Shown here in pieces: positions 7,641 to 17,318 of a stretch of DNA of 24,226 nucleotides. Location of the stretch: positions 1 through 24,226 of IMG/VR virus record IMGVR_UViG_3300038673_000869; one strand, written 5' to 3'. The notes under the pieces were generated by a model. That model did no database searches and was not told the DNA's origin. It saw nothing but the letters and a program-made list of their open reading frames with translations. A program made the translations under genes and the position numbers. The DNA comes from a virus. Its lineage: Duplodnaviria > Caudoviricetes. Numbering within the stretch: the stretch's first letter is position 1; each line of letters opens with the position of its first letter.

Positions 7641-9035
7641 TCATTTAGGAAAATCAAAAGGTTTCAATTCCGCCCAACTAGCATCAACTTCACAAATATC
7701 AGCCTCAATTTCTAACGGTACATTAATCCAATTCCAATGTATGGGCAGGTCGGTGCAAGTTACTTTTTTTACCATTTTTGCTATATCCTCCAATTCATTT
7801 GGATTAACATCTAATACAATACTATCATGTATCTGACCAATTATACGGGTATCCCAATTATTTTCTCTGATCCTTTTATCAAGGGTCACTAATGACCATA
7901 AAAGGCAATGGAATGCGGCACCTTGAACAGGATAATTGGTAACGTCATTCCTTGACATGATCCCATAACAACGGAAACCTGTATGCATATCAATGTATCC
8001 TGTCTTTTGGTAATCCCGCCACCATTGCTCTTTCCATTTGCGGTAGACATTAAACCTAACATTCCAAAAATGTTTTTCTATTTCTTTGACATGCTCTGAA
8101 AAGTCATCAAAAGATTTAATTTTTTTGCTAATGAAATGGTCTGATAATTTACCATCTGGCAAATCAATTCCTTGTCCACTCTTCCATTTACCCTCAGGTA
8201 ATTTACCCCAGTTACAAGCCATGTTCCTTGCACAATTTTTGTAATAATCCCCATAAAACTGAGGAAATACAAAACCGTTTTTGGCGGCTTGACGAAGTAC
8301 CTTATACTCAGGTATTGACTTATCAAAATTATCAATAATAAATATCTCCTTTGCCATGTCACCATGCATATCTGTCGTAGGATCAGTGATATACTTTATC
8401 ATCTGAGGATCCTTATGGTAAGATACAGCAATCCTTACTTCAATCCCTGAAAAGTCAACCTCCATTAATTGATGTCCAGGACGGGGAAATAAGGCTTTTC
8501 TTGTTATTTGCATGGCCTCCTTATCTCTCTTTGGTATGTTTTGGAAGTTTGGTCTGTCACTACTACTGCGAAAAGTTTTAACCAGGTGTAGGTTAAAGGA
8601 AGGATGAATGTAACCATTAACCTGCTCCCTTACAAAAGCATCAAGATATGTATCTCTTACTTTTTTTAATTTGCGTATTTGTAGCAAGTCATTCAATTCT
8701 GGAATGTTTAATTGGAGTAAAGCCTCCTCATCAGTAGAACCTTGTCCAGAGGTGGTGGTATAGGCAGGTTTCAATTTTTTAATTTTGTACAGATAGACAG
8801 ATAATTGTGAATTACTATTGATATTAACTTTGCCCATACTATGCTCCCAATGCCGATAAAAGTTAGTATTCTTGAAAATACCTTCCATTCTATTAATCTT
8901 TCGGGTCAAATGGGCCTTTTTCTTTTCACAGTATTCTGTATCAATCCTTATTCCTTGCTGTTCTGCTCGGGACAAAGCCAGAGTACCCGCATGGAATAGA
9001 TCATAAGCATATTTTGTTTTTGGATGTATGTTCAT
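7641..9035 (-). CDS. polA: Family A DNA polymerase, polymerase domain
   Basis: TFRSSSDRPNFQNIP, motif A DFSGIEVR, motif B RQAAKNGFVFPQFYG, NYPVQG, motif C QIHDSI. Confidence 0.95.
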   Translation of the reverse strand: MNIHPKTKYAYDLFHAGTLALSRAEQQGIRIDTEYCEKKKAHLTRKINRMEGIFKNTNFYRHWEHSMGKVNINSNSQLSVYLYKIKKLKPAYTTTSGQGSTDEEALLQLNIPELNDLLQIRKLKKVRDTYLDAFVREQVNGYIHPSFNLHLVKTFRSSSDRPNFQNIPKRDKEAMQITRKALFPRPGHQLMEVDFSGIEVRIAVSYHKDPQMIKYITDPTTDMHGDMAKEIFIIDNFDKSIPEYKVLRQAAKNGFVFPQFYGDYYKNCARNMACNWGKLPEGKWKSGQGIDLPDGKLSDHFISKKIKSFDDFSEHVKEIEKHFWNVRFNVYRKWKEQWWRDYQKTGYIDMHTGFRCYGIMSRNDVTNYPVQGAAFHCLLWSLVTLDKRIRENNWDTRIIGQIHDSIVLDVNPNELEDIAKMVKKVTCTDLPIHWNWINVPLEIEADICEVDASWAELKPFDFPK

Positions 9036-9037
9036 AA

Positions 9038-10264
9038 CTAAAAAGGTAAAGTATCATAACCAATTTTTTCCATTTGCAGTGTAGCCAGCCGATATTGATA
9101 AATCGAGTCAAGGGCACAATAATGCATTAACTTTTCCATGCCACCAGAAATATTATACAAATCCTGTATTTTATTGATAGCATTTCCATCTTTACTGGCA
9201 GATTGTAAGTAGGGATCCACTTCGCTGGAATAATCCACTACACCAAAATTTACATAGGTTTGAAATTTAAGTCCAGTTACTCCGGGACGATTATCAAGAA
9301 TGTGTGCGGCAATCATGCTGTCCCATAACCAACCTTTTACTTGTTGCTTTAATTTTTCACGGCTCCAGGTATCCTCATATTTCATGTTATGGGCCATTTT
9401 ATTCACCATTGGATTGGCCAATAAATCAAGGAATGGTTGCCTTTCTTTTTTGGTGGGTGGCATCATAAAAACAAATACATGATCTTCTGAGTCCGCTACT
9501 GAGGCACAAATTATTCGGTGCCCAGGAGCATGCGGTTTTATTCCTGTAGTTTCATAGTCAAAAGCAATTGTATCCGACTGTATTGAGCGTAAGACAGATA
9601 GGTCTTCAATTATTTCAATTTTTGGTTTAGGGTACTTAGGTAAAGGTTCATCCAATTTTTTCAAGACTTCCTCAATATTATTCCGCCAAACTGTCAATGC
9701 TTCTTTTTCAGATGCTTCTATTTGCTTTGGATGGAAAATAGGGCAGACCCAACATTTGTAATCTTGATCAGGAATCGTCCAGCCATACCATTTGTCTATG
9801 TTGCCCATGTCACGTTTCCAGCGGTTACCTAACATGGCTTCCACGGCTTGATTACCTGCGAGTAATATTAATTTAGGTTGCATTTCCTCAACTAACTTTA
9901 CGAGGCTTCTACGACAGCAACTTATTTCAAATGAGGTGGGATTCCTGAGTTCCTCATTTGAATCTAAAGGCAAGCAATTTACTGCATTGGTACATAAACA
10001 ATCCCGCTCAATATCAATTCCAAAATCAGTCAAGGTTTGTTTAAGTAACCTACCTGATTTATCAAGCCAATACTCATTCCTTCGGTCTTCTATTTCTGTG
10101 GGGGCTGTACCTATGATCAAGATACTTTTTTCAAACTGACCAAAGGGTTTCATTTTTGGTGACTTTGCACTTTTATACAAGCCACATGAAGCACAGGAAT
10201 AGACTTTGCCGTCGGGACGAGATATGGATTGAGTTTGTTTTACGGTAAAAAATCCTTGAGTCAT
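9038..10264 (-). CDS. Family 4 uracil-DNA-glycosylase-like domain fused to 3'-5' exonuclease (N-terminal half of split polymerase)
   Basis: CASCGLY, IIGTAP, TNAVNC, PIFHP (UDG-like); AFDYETTG, AHNMKYE, WDSMIAAHIL, YCALD (Exo I-III). Confidence 0.85.
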   Translation of the reverse strand: MTQGFFTVKQTQSISRPDGKVYSCASCGLYKSAKSPKMKPFGQFEKSILIIGTAPTEIEDRRNEYWLDKSGRLLKQTLTDFGIDIERDCLCTNAVNCLPLDSNEELRNPTSFEISCCRRSLVKLVEEMQPKLILLAGNQAVEAMLGNRWKRDMGNIDKWYGWTIPDQDYKCWVCPIFHPKQIEASEKEALTVWRNNIEEVLKKLDEPLPKYPKPKIEIIEDLSVLRSIQSDTIAFDYETTGIKPHAPGHRIICASVADSEDHVFVFMMPPTKKERQPFLDLLANPMVNKMAHNMKYEDTWSREKLKQQVKGWLWDSMIAAHILDNRPGVTGLKFQTYVNFGVVDYSSEVDPYLQSASKDGNAINKIQDLYNISGGMEKLMHYCALDSIYQYRLATLQMEKIGYDTLPF

Positions 10265-10265
10265 A

Positions 10266-11279
10266 TCAATTTTTCAAGATTGCTACGTATTCCCAAACAT
10301 CCCCGGAGAATTTAATTTTATTGGAATCAATAATACAAACATTTGTTTGCTTTAGGATATCCTGTAACAGAGATGGCATGATATTGAAAGACAATTCCCG
10401 TTCAGAATATTTAACATTTGCCTCTTCCTCGAACCAGGAGTCCAATTCATTTTTGCAAGAAATTTTGATTCTTTTTTCACCCAAAGATACTGTAATGGAC
10501 TCATCCGTAACATGGCTCCTTTTTGAAAATACCATGGCACGGTCCAGTATATCACTGATTGTTTTTGGGAAAGGAATTTCTTGCCCTTCCAATTTATACA
10601 AATGATCTGTTTCAGGATAAGCATCTTCGGAAAACAACCGACAGGAAATGACTGTCTCGTTTCTATTTCTGAAGTGTACCCAGGCATCTTCAACAATGAA
10701 ACTACTCGGCTGAACCTTGATAATATCCGTAACTGCTGAGGCGGGCAATAAAAGAGGCTTTGAGACCTTCATGCTGGAATTAAATTTATGCTTTGACACA
10801 CAATATCCATCCGACCCTTCTACAAAATTTTTCGTAATATGGACACAAGTCAAAATAGGACGACTCATGTCATTGGAGCATGATCCAGCACTAAATTTCA
10901 GGGCAGTCAAAAAATTATCTGGAAGAATAATCCAACCTTTCTTTTCATCTATTTTCAAGATAGGCAGGAGTATTTCTTGTTGCATACGTAGCCCGGCCTT
11001 TACCCGACCACAAGTCAAAAGGATTTCACTTTCTGACAATTCAAAATTGACTTCATCGTTTTTTAACTTTGAAAGCAATTGGTACAATTCCTCTGCACGA
11101 ATGGCTCCATAAATACCAAGCCCGGTAACTGGATGACTAATGCTGATCTCATCGTTGTAAGTGACTACCTTGTCCTCAATAAATGCAAAGGAGGTAAATT
11201 GGTCTTGTAATTCCCGGTTTGCTAATCCAGGCTTGACAATCTCCAATGCCTTTTTTAATTCATCCTTATTGATTTTCAT
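10266..11279 (-). CDS. dnaN: DNA polymerase III beta sliding-clamp-like protein
   Basis: MKINKDELKKAL start, SNDMSRPILTCVH, GSDGY, SCRLFSEDAYP; size and position beside the polymerase and loader. Confidence 0.75.
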   Translation of the reverse strand: MKINKDELKKALEIVKPGLANRELQDQFTSFAFIEDKVVTYNDEISISHPVTGLGIYGAIRAEELYQLLSKLKNDEVNFELSESEILLTCGRVKAGLRMQQEILLPILKIDEKKGWIILPDNFLTALKFSAGSCSNDMSRPILTCVHITKNFVEGSDGYCVSKHKFNSSMKVSKPLLLPASAVTDIIKVQPSSFIVEDAWVHFRNRNETVISCRLFSEDAYPETDHLYKLEGQEIPFPKTISDILDRAMVFSKRSHVTDESITVSLGEKRIKISCKNELDSWFEEEANVKYSERELSFNIMPSLLQDILKQTNVCIIDSNKIKFSGDVWEYVAILKN

Positions 11280-11806
11280 ATTGAAAGTATTTGTTTTACG
11301 AATTCTTTTTCTTCACAGAAGTTTTTCTTTTTACCAACAAACCGCATACGGTCTAATGTCTTTGTTTTAACATTGCGGTAGGTTAATTTGTAATGGTCAG
11401 CAGGATAATCAGAGAACCTACCAAGCCAATATTTGGTAGGCTTTACATTAGTTTGGTTAAGCACTACAACCAAAAAGTGTAGGTCCCTTTTTTCACATCT
11501 TTGCAACATTTCATAGATCTTTGACTCATTGTCAGAATCTTGATAAACCAGGTCCCGATCTAATGTTAAGTGCGGATGATCTTTGAACTCATCCATGGTA
11601 TTAAAAACATGACAGACCAATTCTGTGGAAACGTTCCTAATTGTATAAAGGACTCGTTCTTTCCTTTCAAATGGAATGTTGTACTTCTTAAAAACTGGTG
11701 CAACATATTTCTCAACCATGTCTAAGTTATGTTGAAATCCAGCAACCATTCCTGGGTCTGATTTTTCAAGATTCAATGCTGGTATTGTAAACAAACTATT
11801 TGACAT
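11276..11806 (-). CDS. Hypothetical protein
   Basis: ORF track 11276-11836; second Met (11806) preferred for smaller overlap; coupled to clamp gene. Confidence 0.6.
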   Translation of the reverse strand: MSNSLFTIPALNLEKSDPGMVAGFQHNLDMVEKYVAPVFKKYNIPFERKERVLYTIRNVSTELVCHVFNTMDEFKDHPHLTLDRDLVYQDSDNESKIYEMLQRCEKRDLHFLVVVLNQTNVKPTKYWLGRFSDYPADHYKLTYRNVKTKTLDRMRFVGKKKNFCEEKEFVKQILSI

Positions 11807-12836
11807 ACTCAGATAATTGTTTGTGTAAAGAATCATTCATAAATGCATAACTTAACAACACGTCATGCCGGGGAGTACATTGGGCCATCATTTTCAAGTG
11901 AGTGGCAGAAGAAACACCAACATATAGAATACAGCGGTGTCCATTATACGCTGGGAGTTGTTTTATCAACTCATTCCAGGCAAATAAATTCCAATGCAAT
12001 CTTGTGGTCCAGTCATCAGCCAGAGTATTTGCTGAGCGTTCTCCGGTGACTTTATCAAGAGTAAACAATTTTGGTACATTTTGTACTTTTGCTCGGGCAG
12101 ATTTTTTGCGAACCTCCCGTTTCTCCTTGTAATCTACCTGACCTAAATCATAACCATTCTTAGCAAACAATTCAAGGTACTGCTCCTTTAACATGGTGGG
12201 CAGGTTGGGCCAATTGTTTCCAGCACCTTTTGTATGCTTTGCTTGGTCCGATACTTTACTTAGGATCCCTTTTGTCCAATCAAAAGTTATTTCCCCTTCA
12301 ATTGCACGAACTTTTGGTAAAAAAATGGAACCAAAAGCACTACTAATCAAAGGAGTGACAGAATCCACTGAATACCATGGGTAGGCCAATATTAATCCCG
12401 GGGCAGTCAATCCTAATCCATGGACCTTAACCGTCGGGTTTCCATTGCTATCCAAAAAATAATTCTTCCAAATCCTATCCAAACCAAATCTTCGTTGGGC
12501 TGTAGCCAAAGATGCTATGGCTCCTAAACCAACATAATCGGTTTGTTTCAAATATTTTTTTAACCAAATTTCATCCTCACCATTATGGTAAATTGGAATG
12601 GTATCAACTCCTTTACTTTTCAAGTACTTCCAATTCTCATAACTTTGTTTGCTGGTAAGTCTGCGTTTGTCTTGGTCCTTATCAGCAGTGGAAGTAATTA
12701 CATCCAAATTAAAATAACCGCCTTGGTACACCGACGCATGCTCCGTGATATACTCAGCATATTTATCAATGTCAATAACGGTGCCTTTTGTGAAGGCAGA
12801 ATATGCGCCTGAATCAAGAATTGCTTTTGATTTCAT
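11796..12836 (-). CDS. dpdA: DpdA-like DNA 7-deazaguanine transglycosylase (TGT fold)
   Basis: ILDSGAYSA, NLDVI, IPIYH, YVGLG, KVHGLG, YPWYSVDS motifs; clustered with folE/queD/queE/queC. Confidence 0.8.
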   Translation of the reverse strand: MKSKAILDSGAYSAFTKGTVIDIDKYAEYITEHASVYQGGYFNLDVITSTADKDQDKRRLTSKQSYENWKYLKSKGVDTIPIYHNGEDEIWLKKYLKQTDYVGLGAIASLATAQRRFGLDRIWKNYFLDSNGNPTVKVHGLGLTAPGLILAYPWYSVDSVTPLISSAFGSIFLPKVRAIEGEITFDWTKGILSKVSDQAKHTKGAGNNWPNLPTMLKEQYLELFAKNGYDLGQVDYKEKREVRKKSARAKVQNVPKLFTLDKVTGERSANTLADDWTTRLHWNLFAWNELIKQLPAYNGHRCILYVGVSSATHLKMMAQCTPRHDVLLSYAFMNDSLHKQLSEYVK

Positions 12837-13776
12837 CTGCTAATATTTTGAAAAATTGTTCTGCGTAATGTTGTGTCAAAAGTTCGGGTACGGGTAACCT
12901 GCCAGTCATAGCCATATTCAATAGAAAGATTAACTCTTCCTTTGTATTGTAGAGATAATTTGCAGGTAGTAATTCTGGGTAACTAAACTTATTCGGGGCT
13001 ATAGGTATACAACCGTTAACAATTGCGTCAACGACCTGATATCCGTATGTTTCTTCCCTTGAGGTTATCAATAATACTTTTGATTTTCTTAGTGTCCAAT
13101 AATAATCTTCCCAATCAATTGGGTGAGGCCTAATAATCTCGAAACCTTGTACTTCAAGAGATTTTTCAAGCCATTTATTTCTCTTTTGCTTTGTATCCCT
13201 TGCTACGGAAACGATTGGAATGTTTCTCATAGTAAAGTCATCAAAAGCAAATTCAAAAGGAGGCATAGGCAAAGGGATTACAGAAAGATTATCCCAGCCT
13301 AATTTTGTTTTATGGTATTCGGAGGCGACAAAAACCTTTGTAAACAATTTACTTATGGTTTTTTCAAGTGGATATTTTACATCCCGAACGTCAGCAAAGT
13401 AGTCAAACTTATTTTTGCTTGTTGCGTGACAAATGGCAAAGCAATGTTTTGGTCTCTTGTGCAATAAAATATTTGCAAACAGACCTGGGTAACTTATGTC
13501 ATTTAACAATAGAATGTCATCTGGCTGTAAATTAAGGCTGAGGTATTGATTAATTTGAGCGGTTTCAAAGTCAACAGCCCTTTCCAATGGAGAAAACATT
13601 CCTCCTGACGGAATCAATTCAGGCATTGTTGTATTTGAAATGTAACCACCCAAAGTAATTACTTTATCAAAATATGGAGCCAATTGCTTGGGAAATTCTG
13701 TGTACCACCAATCTTGATATCTTAGATTGGCCGGGTACTGTGGTACAATAATTAGTCTGGCCATGAGAAAATCCAT
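12814..13776 (-). CDS. GT-B fold glycosyltransferase (GT4-like)
   Basis: VARDTKQKR, SREETYGYQVVDAIVNGCIPIAP (Ex7D variant), SYPELL. Confidence 0.8.
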   Translation of the reverse strand: MDFLMARLIIVPQYPANLRYQDWWYTEFPKQLAPYFDKVITLGGYISNTTMPELIPSGGMFSPLERAVDFETAQINQYLSLNLQPDDILLLNDISYPGLFANILLHKRPKHCFAICHATSKNKFDYFADVRDVKYPLEKTISKLFTKVFVASEYHKTKLGWDNLSVIPLPMPPFEFAFDDFTMRNIPIVSVARDTKQKRNKWLEKSLEVQGFEIIRPHPIDWEDYYWTLRKSKVLLITSREETYGYQVVDAIVNGCIPIAPNKFSYPELLPANYLYNTKEELIFLLNMAMTGRLPVPELLTQHYAEQFFKILADEIKSNS

Positions 13777-14231
13777 TTGGTTGTTCCTTCAAACAAAAAG
13801 TATTTGTGATCAAACCTCCATAAGGATGATTTGTCTGGGAAAAGTTTTTCAAGTAATTTCCTTTTTTCCACAGGATTTTTGACTTCCCGGATATACGGAG
13901 CATTCATATTGGTAGAGTAAAATAAGACATCAAATCCTTTTCTTGATAATGCCTCTCCAATGGCTCCTAACCTCCGGTGCTCAGGGTGTAATTCAAAATA
14001 AGGGTCAGGAAACAAAAATGTAACCTTCCCCTTATTTTTTTCGTTTGTAAATAAATGTAACGAATTGACGGAATTCGTAGAAAACTTGAATAAATCGGCG
14101 ACAGGCGATATCTCCTCATACGGTACCTGCTCTCCGTAGAGGACGGTAGATACCTTACCGGTTCTTAGACATTCGGAGCATCCAATAACTTCGTCATCCG
14201 CGTGTGGTGCTATGATAATGTATTCTGCCAT
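13752..14231 (-). CDS. PIG-L/LmbE family N-deacetylase
   Basis: IIAPHADDEVIGC and HPEHR metal motifs; start reassigned to 14231 (TAATG overlap with upstream stop). Confidence 0.8.
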   Translation of the reverse strand: MAEYIIIAPHADDEVIGCSECLRTGKVSTVLYGEQVPYEEISPVADLFKFSTNSVNSLHLFTNEKNKGKVTFLFPDPYFELHPEHRRLGAIGEALSRKGFDVLFYSTNMNAPYIREVKNPVEKRKLLEKLFPDKSSLWRFDHKYFLFEGTTKWIFSWPD

Positions 14232-14608
14232 TAGACTCCCGTTGACATATTCAAGAGTCCGTAGAATTCGATCCGGCAGGAGGTGTGATTCATGAAGTCC
14301 CCGTGTAATGAACTGATAAAGCATTTATCAACATAGAAGACCACTGCCACACCTTCAGCCTTTTCATAAATGGTGTTCAAATGTTCCGTTAAGGCTCCGG
14401 CCAAATTCCTCAGAGTTTGAATGTTGTTCACCCATCCTTCCAAAGCAGTCTCAGCCATAAATGCAACAACTACTTTATCAAGATCCGTCAAATCATCGTC
14501 GGCAATTAAGCCAACATAAATAGGAAACCCCCAATGGGTGTATTTCCTGATCACAAGTGGACTGTAATGTTTGTCCACCAATTTTGTAAAAACACTTTTA
14601 CTGTCCAT
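14231..14608 (-). CDS. Hypothetical protein within modification cluster
   Basis: Start reassigned to MDSKSV (14608); coupled to queC and the deacetylase. Confidence 0.6.
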   Translation of the reverse strand: MDSKSVFTKLVDKHYSPLVIRKYTHWGFPIYVGLIADDDLTDLDKVVVAFMAETALEGWVNNIQTLRNLAGALTEHLNTIYEKAEGVAVVFYVDKCFISSLHGDFMNHTSCRIEFYGLLNMSTGV

Positions 14609-15134
14609 AACCACTAAAAATTTCGTTGTAATTAATTTTGTATTCTTTTGCAAGACCCAGGATTGTTTCCTTTGTCATACCAAGCAAAGGAGCCTCCAAA
14701 GTAATATCGGTACTGCCATTAATTGCCAGCACCTTATTCATAAGGTACACCCATTCTTGATAACAGTCTGGGAATAAATGCTCCCGGTCTTCATAATTTG
14801 CTCCGTACCAAATTTGGTCCAGATTAGAACTTTCAGCAATACTTGCCGCAATAGCAACAAAGATAAGGTTTCGGCTTGGAACATGCCAAGGAGAAACATC
14901 TTTATATGTTGTTTCTCCATCAAGCAATTTAGCACGGATAGGAAGTTCAATATTGATAATTTGGTAAGGTACTTCCATTTTCTCGCACATCAAACTGGCC
15001 ATCGATAACTCCCGTTTGTGTACTTGACCATAATTGAAACCTAAACACTGTACTTGGTGTCCTTGGTTCAATGCCATATGTAGAAGAACGGTACTATCCA
15101 AACCTCCACTGTAAAGTAATAGGATTTTTTTCAT
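14598..15134 (-). CDS. queC: QueC-like PP-loop ATPase lacking C-terminal zinc-binding region
   Basis: YSGGLDS, FNYGQVH, VPSRNLIF, FPDC, APLLGMTK; ends IFSGYGQ at 178 aa. Confidence 0.85.
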   Translation of the reverse strand: MKKILLLYSGGLDSTVLLHMALNQGHQVQCLGFNYGQVHKRELSMASLMCEKMEVPYQIINIELPIRAKLLDGETTYKDVSPWHVPSRNLIFVAIAASIAESSNLDQIWYGANYEDREHLFPDCYQEWVYLMNKVLAINGSTDITLEAPLLGMTKETILGLAKEYKINYNEIFSGYGQ

Positions 15135-16156
15135 TTTTCAATATTTCTTTTGGACCACTTTTCTTTATCAATATGACTGCCTGCATGCTTTACAAAAACA
15201 TCCTTACCCATGTCACCCCCTACATTTTCCCAGTAATGAAACATCCAAGGGTAGGACCAAGCACAACCTGGGCAGTCCATAGCATCTAGGCGAACAGCTT
15301 CCTGCCATTCAACTATTCTTTCTGGAAGATCAAAAATGCTGAATTTTGGAGTCCTAACTCCTCTACGATATCCACAAACACGTAACTGTCCATCCGAATC
15401 AATGGTAGGCCCACTGTAAGGGTTACCGTGACAATGCCAACCCATGTTGGTGAGCATTTCTGGGGACTGCATAATGAACTCAGGATTTTGTAGCAGGCCA
15501 GGTTTCTCAACAATAGAGTCTAAAATGTTTTTCAAGACTGGCAGGTCTTCCTTTTGGAATAAAAGATCTTGGATCTCTTTTTTACTTGGAAAAAAGTCAA
15601 AATTTCCGTCCTTATTCCAATGTATGAAATTGATACCAACAAATACTCCTAATTCAGACAGTTTATCAACCAACTCAGGTAACAATTTAAAATTGCCCCG
15701 GTGTACTGTTATTGTTCCTTGTGAGTCCAAAGTAGGAAAATGTTCCTTAAACCAAGTAAAACCTTCCCAGGCCGCTTTTGATTTTTTCCAAGAATCATCC
15801 GTATATCTACTTTCTTCATATGGGGGAGGATAATCAATTCCACAAGAAAGATTGTCAATACCCCCCTCTACAAAATAATATAGTTTGTACATGGAAAAGA
15901 AAGGTTCCGGACAGGTCGTATACAAGGCATAAGGAGTTTGATTGGATTTCATAATATCCACCAAATGTACTCCCAATAACCATGTTTCATTCCCAAGGAT
16001 TAAATTAAAATTCACACCAATGTTTTTCAAGATTTTGAATGCTTTAATCCATTGGTGAGAAGTCAATTCAGGTCCTATTCCTTTGGCATCTCGAAGAGCA
16101 CAATATCCACACTTCCTGGGGCACCTACGGGTCAAGTATGTGAGGGAGTTCATCAT
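15131..16156 (-). CDS. Radical SAM protein with C-terminal Cys cluster (Twitch/SPASM-like)
   Basis: CPRKCGYC, LGNE; C-terminal WHC...IDSDGQLRVC...CPGC. Confidence 0.85.
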   Translation of the reverse strand: MMNSLTYLTRRCPRKCGYCALRDAKGIGPELTSHQWIKAFKILKNIGVNFNLILGNETWLLGVHLVDIMKSNQTPYALYTTCPEPFFSMYKLYYFVEGGIDNLSCGIDYPPPYEESRYTDDSWKKSKAAWEGFTWFKEHFPTLDSQGTITVHRGNFKLLPELVDKLSELGVFVGINFIHWNKDGNFDFFPSKKEIQDLLFQKEDLPVLKNILDSIVEKPGLLQNPEFIMQSPEMLTNMGWHCHGNPYSGPTIDSDGQLRVCGYRRGVRTPKFSIFDLPERIVEWQEAVRLDAMDCPGCAWSYPWMFHYWENVGGDMGKDVFVKHAGSHIDKEKWSKRNIEK

Positions 16157-16779
16157 AATGAAACCCCTCCATCAACTACAATGTTTGCCCCGGTCAGGTA
16201 ATTAGTCGTACGGATCATTTCAGTGACGTTGGCAAGGTGAATAGGTTTTTCTTCGTACAACATTGGAATTGTTTTTATCAAGTCCTCCGGGGTTTCAGCC
16301 GGGACTAAATGAGTGCGGTAGAAACCAGGACTAATGCAATTTACACGAATATGAGGAGCCCAAGCCTTTGCCCAACTCTTTGTCAAGGCTATGACGGCCG
16401 CTTTTGACGCCGAATATATAGGTAACTCAGCATCGGGAACAATGCCTGAAACAGAGGCTATGTTAATGACACAGGCTCCTTTGGTAAGACTTGAAAATAA
16501 ATCTGTGGTGAAATTATATGTGCCCCAGAAATTGGTGTCCATTACCTTTTCATTTTCAGTGAATGGCATTATTCCGGCACAATTGATTAGTAACTCCACA
16601 TTCAGATTGGGAAGATTTCCTGGTTTTCTTTCTGACAAATCAATAAACCAGTCAGGCCCACGACGGCTAACACCAATAACTTCTACATCATAATTTTTAC
16701 GGAAGTGTTCTTGATAAAAGCCATACAGGGCCTGACCAATTCCTGAGGAAGCCCCTGTAATAATTACGTGCCTTTTCAT
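16153..16779 (-). CDS. Short-chain dehydrogenase/reductase
   Basis: [41 protein letters not shown]. Confidence 0.92.
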   Translation of the reverse strand: MKRHVIITGASSGIGQALYGFYQEHFRKNYDVEVIGVSRRGPDWFIDLSERKPGNLPNLNVELLINCAGIMPFTENEKVMDTNFWGTYNFTTDLFSSLTKGACVINIASVSGIVPDAELPIYSASKAAVIALTKSWAKAWAPHIRVNCISPGFYRTHLVPAETPEDLIKTIPMLYEEKPIHLANVTEMIRTTNYLTGANIVVDGGVSL

Positions 16780-17309
16780 TTTATCAAGTTTAAGAATTCT
16801 TGCTTTACACTTGCTTCTCGAAATGCACCTTTAACGGAGGAGGTCACCATAACAGAGTTTTGCTTTGAAACACCTCGCATTCTCATACACATATGTGTGG
16901 CCTCAATGATGCAACCAGCACCTTTGGCTTGTAAAAACTCCATAAGGGCCGAGGTTACTTGTTCACCAATTCGTTCTTGAATTTGAAGTCTCCTTGCATA
17001 AATATCGACCAGGCGGGCTAATTTAGATATGCCAATGACTTTTTTATTGGGAAGATATGCAACATGAGCAACACCAAAAAATGGTAACATATGGTGTTCA
17101 CACATAGAATACAACTCAATGTTTTTCAAGACAACGATTTGATCACAACCATCAGGTTCAAATACGGTGAGGAGGTCCGCAGGATTTTTTCCATAACCTG
17201 AATAGATCTCCGTCCAAGAACGCAAAATACGGGAGGGCGTTTCAATTAATCCCTCCCGATTTGGGTCCTCACCTATGTATCTTAATTGACTCTTAAGTAC
17301 TTCAATCAT
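16776..17309 (-). CDS. folE: GTP cyclohydrolase I
   Basis: [49 protein letters not shown]. Confidence 0.97.
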   Translation of the reverse strand: MIEVLKSQLRYIGEDPNREGLIETPSRILRSWTEIYSGYGKNPADLLTVFEPDGCDQIVVLKNIELYSMCEHHMLPFFGVAHVAYLPNKKVIGISKLARLVDIYARRLQIQERIGEQVTSALMEFLQAKGAGCIIEATHMCMRMRGVSKQNSVMVTSSVKGAFREASVKQEFLNLIK

Positions 17310-17318
17310 ACCGGAAAT

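Noticed and set aside
14231-14608. ORF as QueF-like or T-fold enzyme
   Set aside because: No recognisable catalytic Cys/Glu QueF motif or His triad; left as hypothetical
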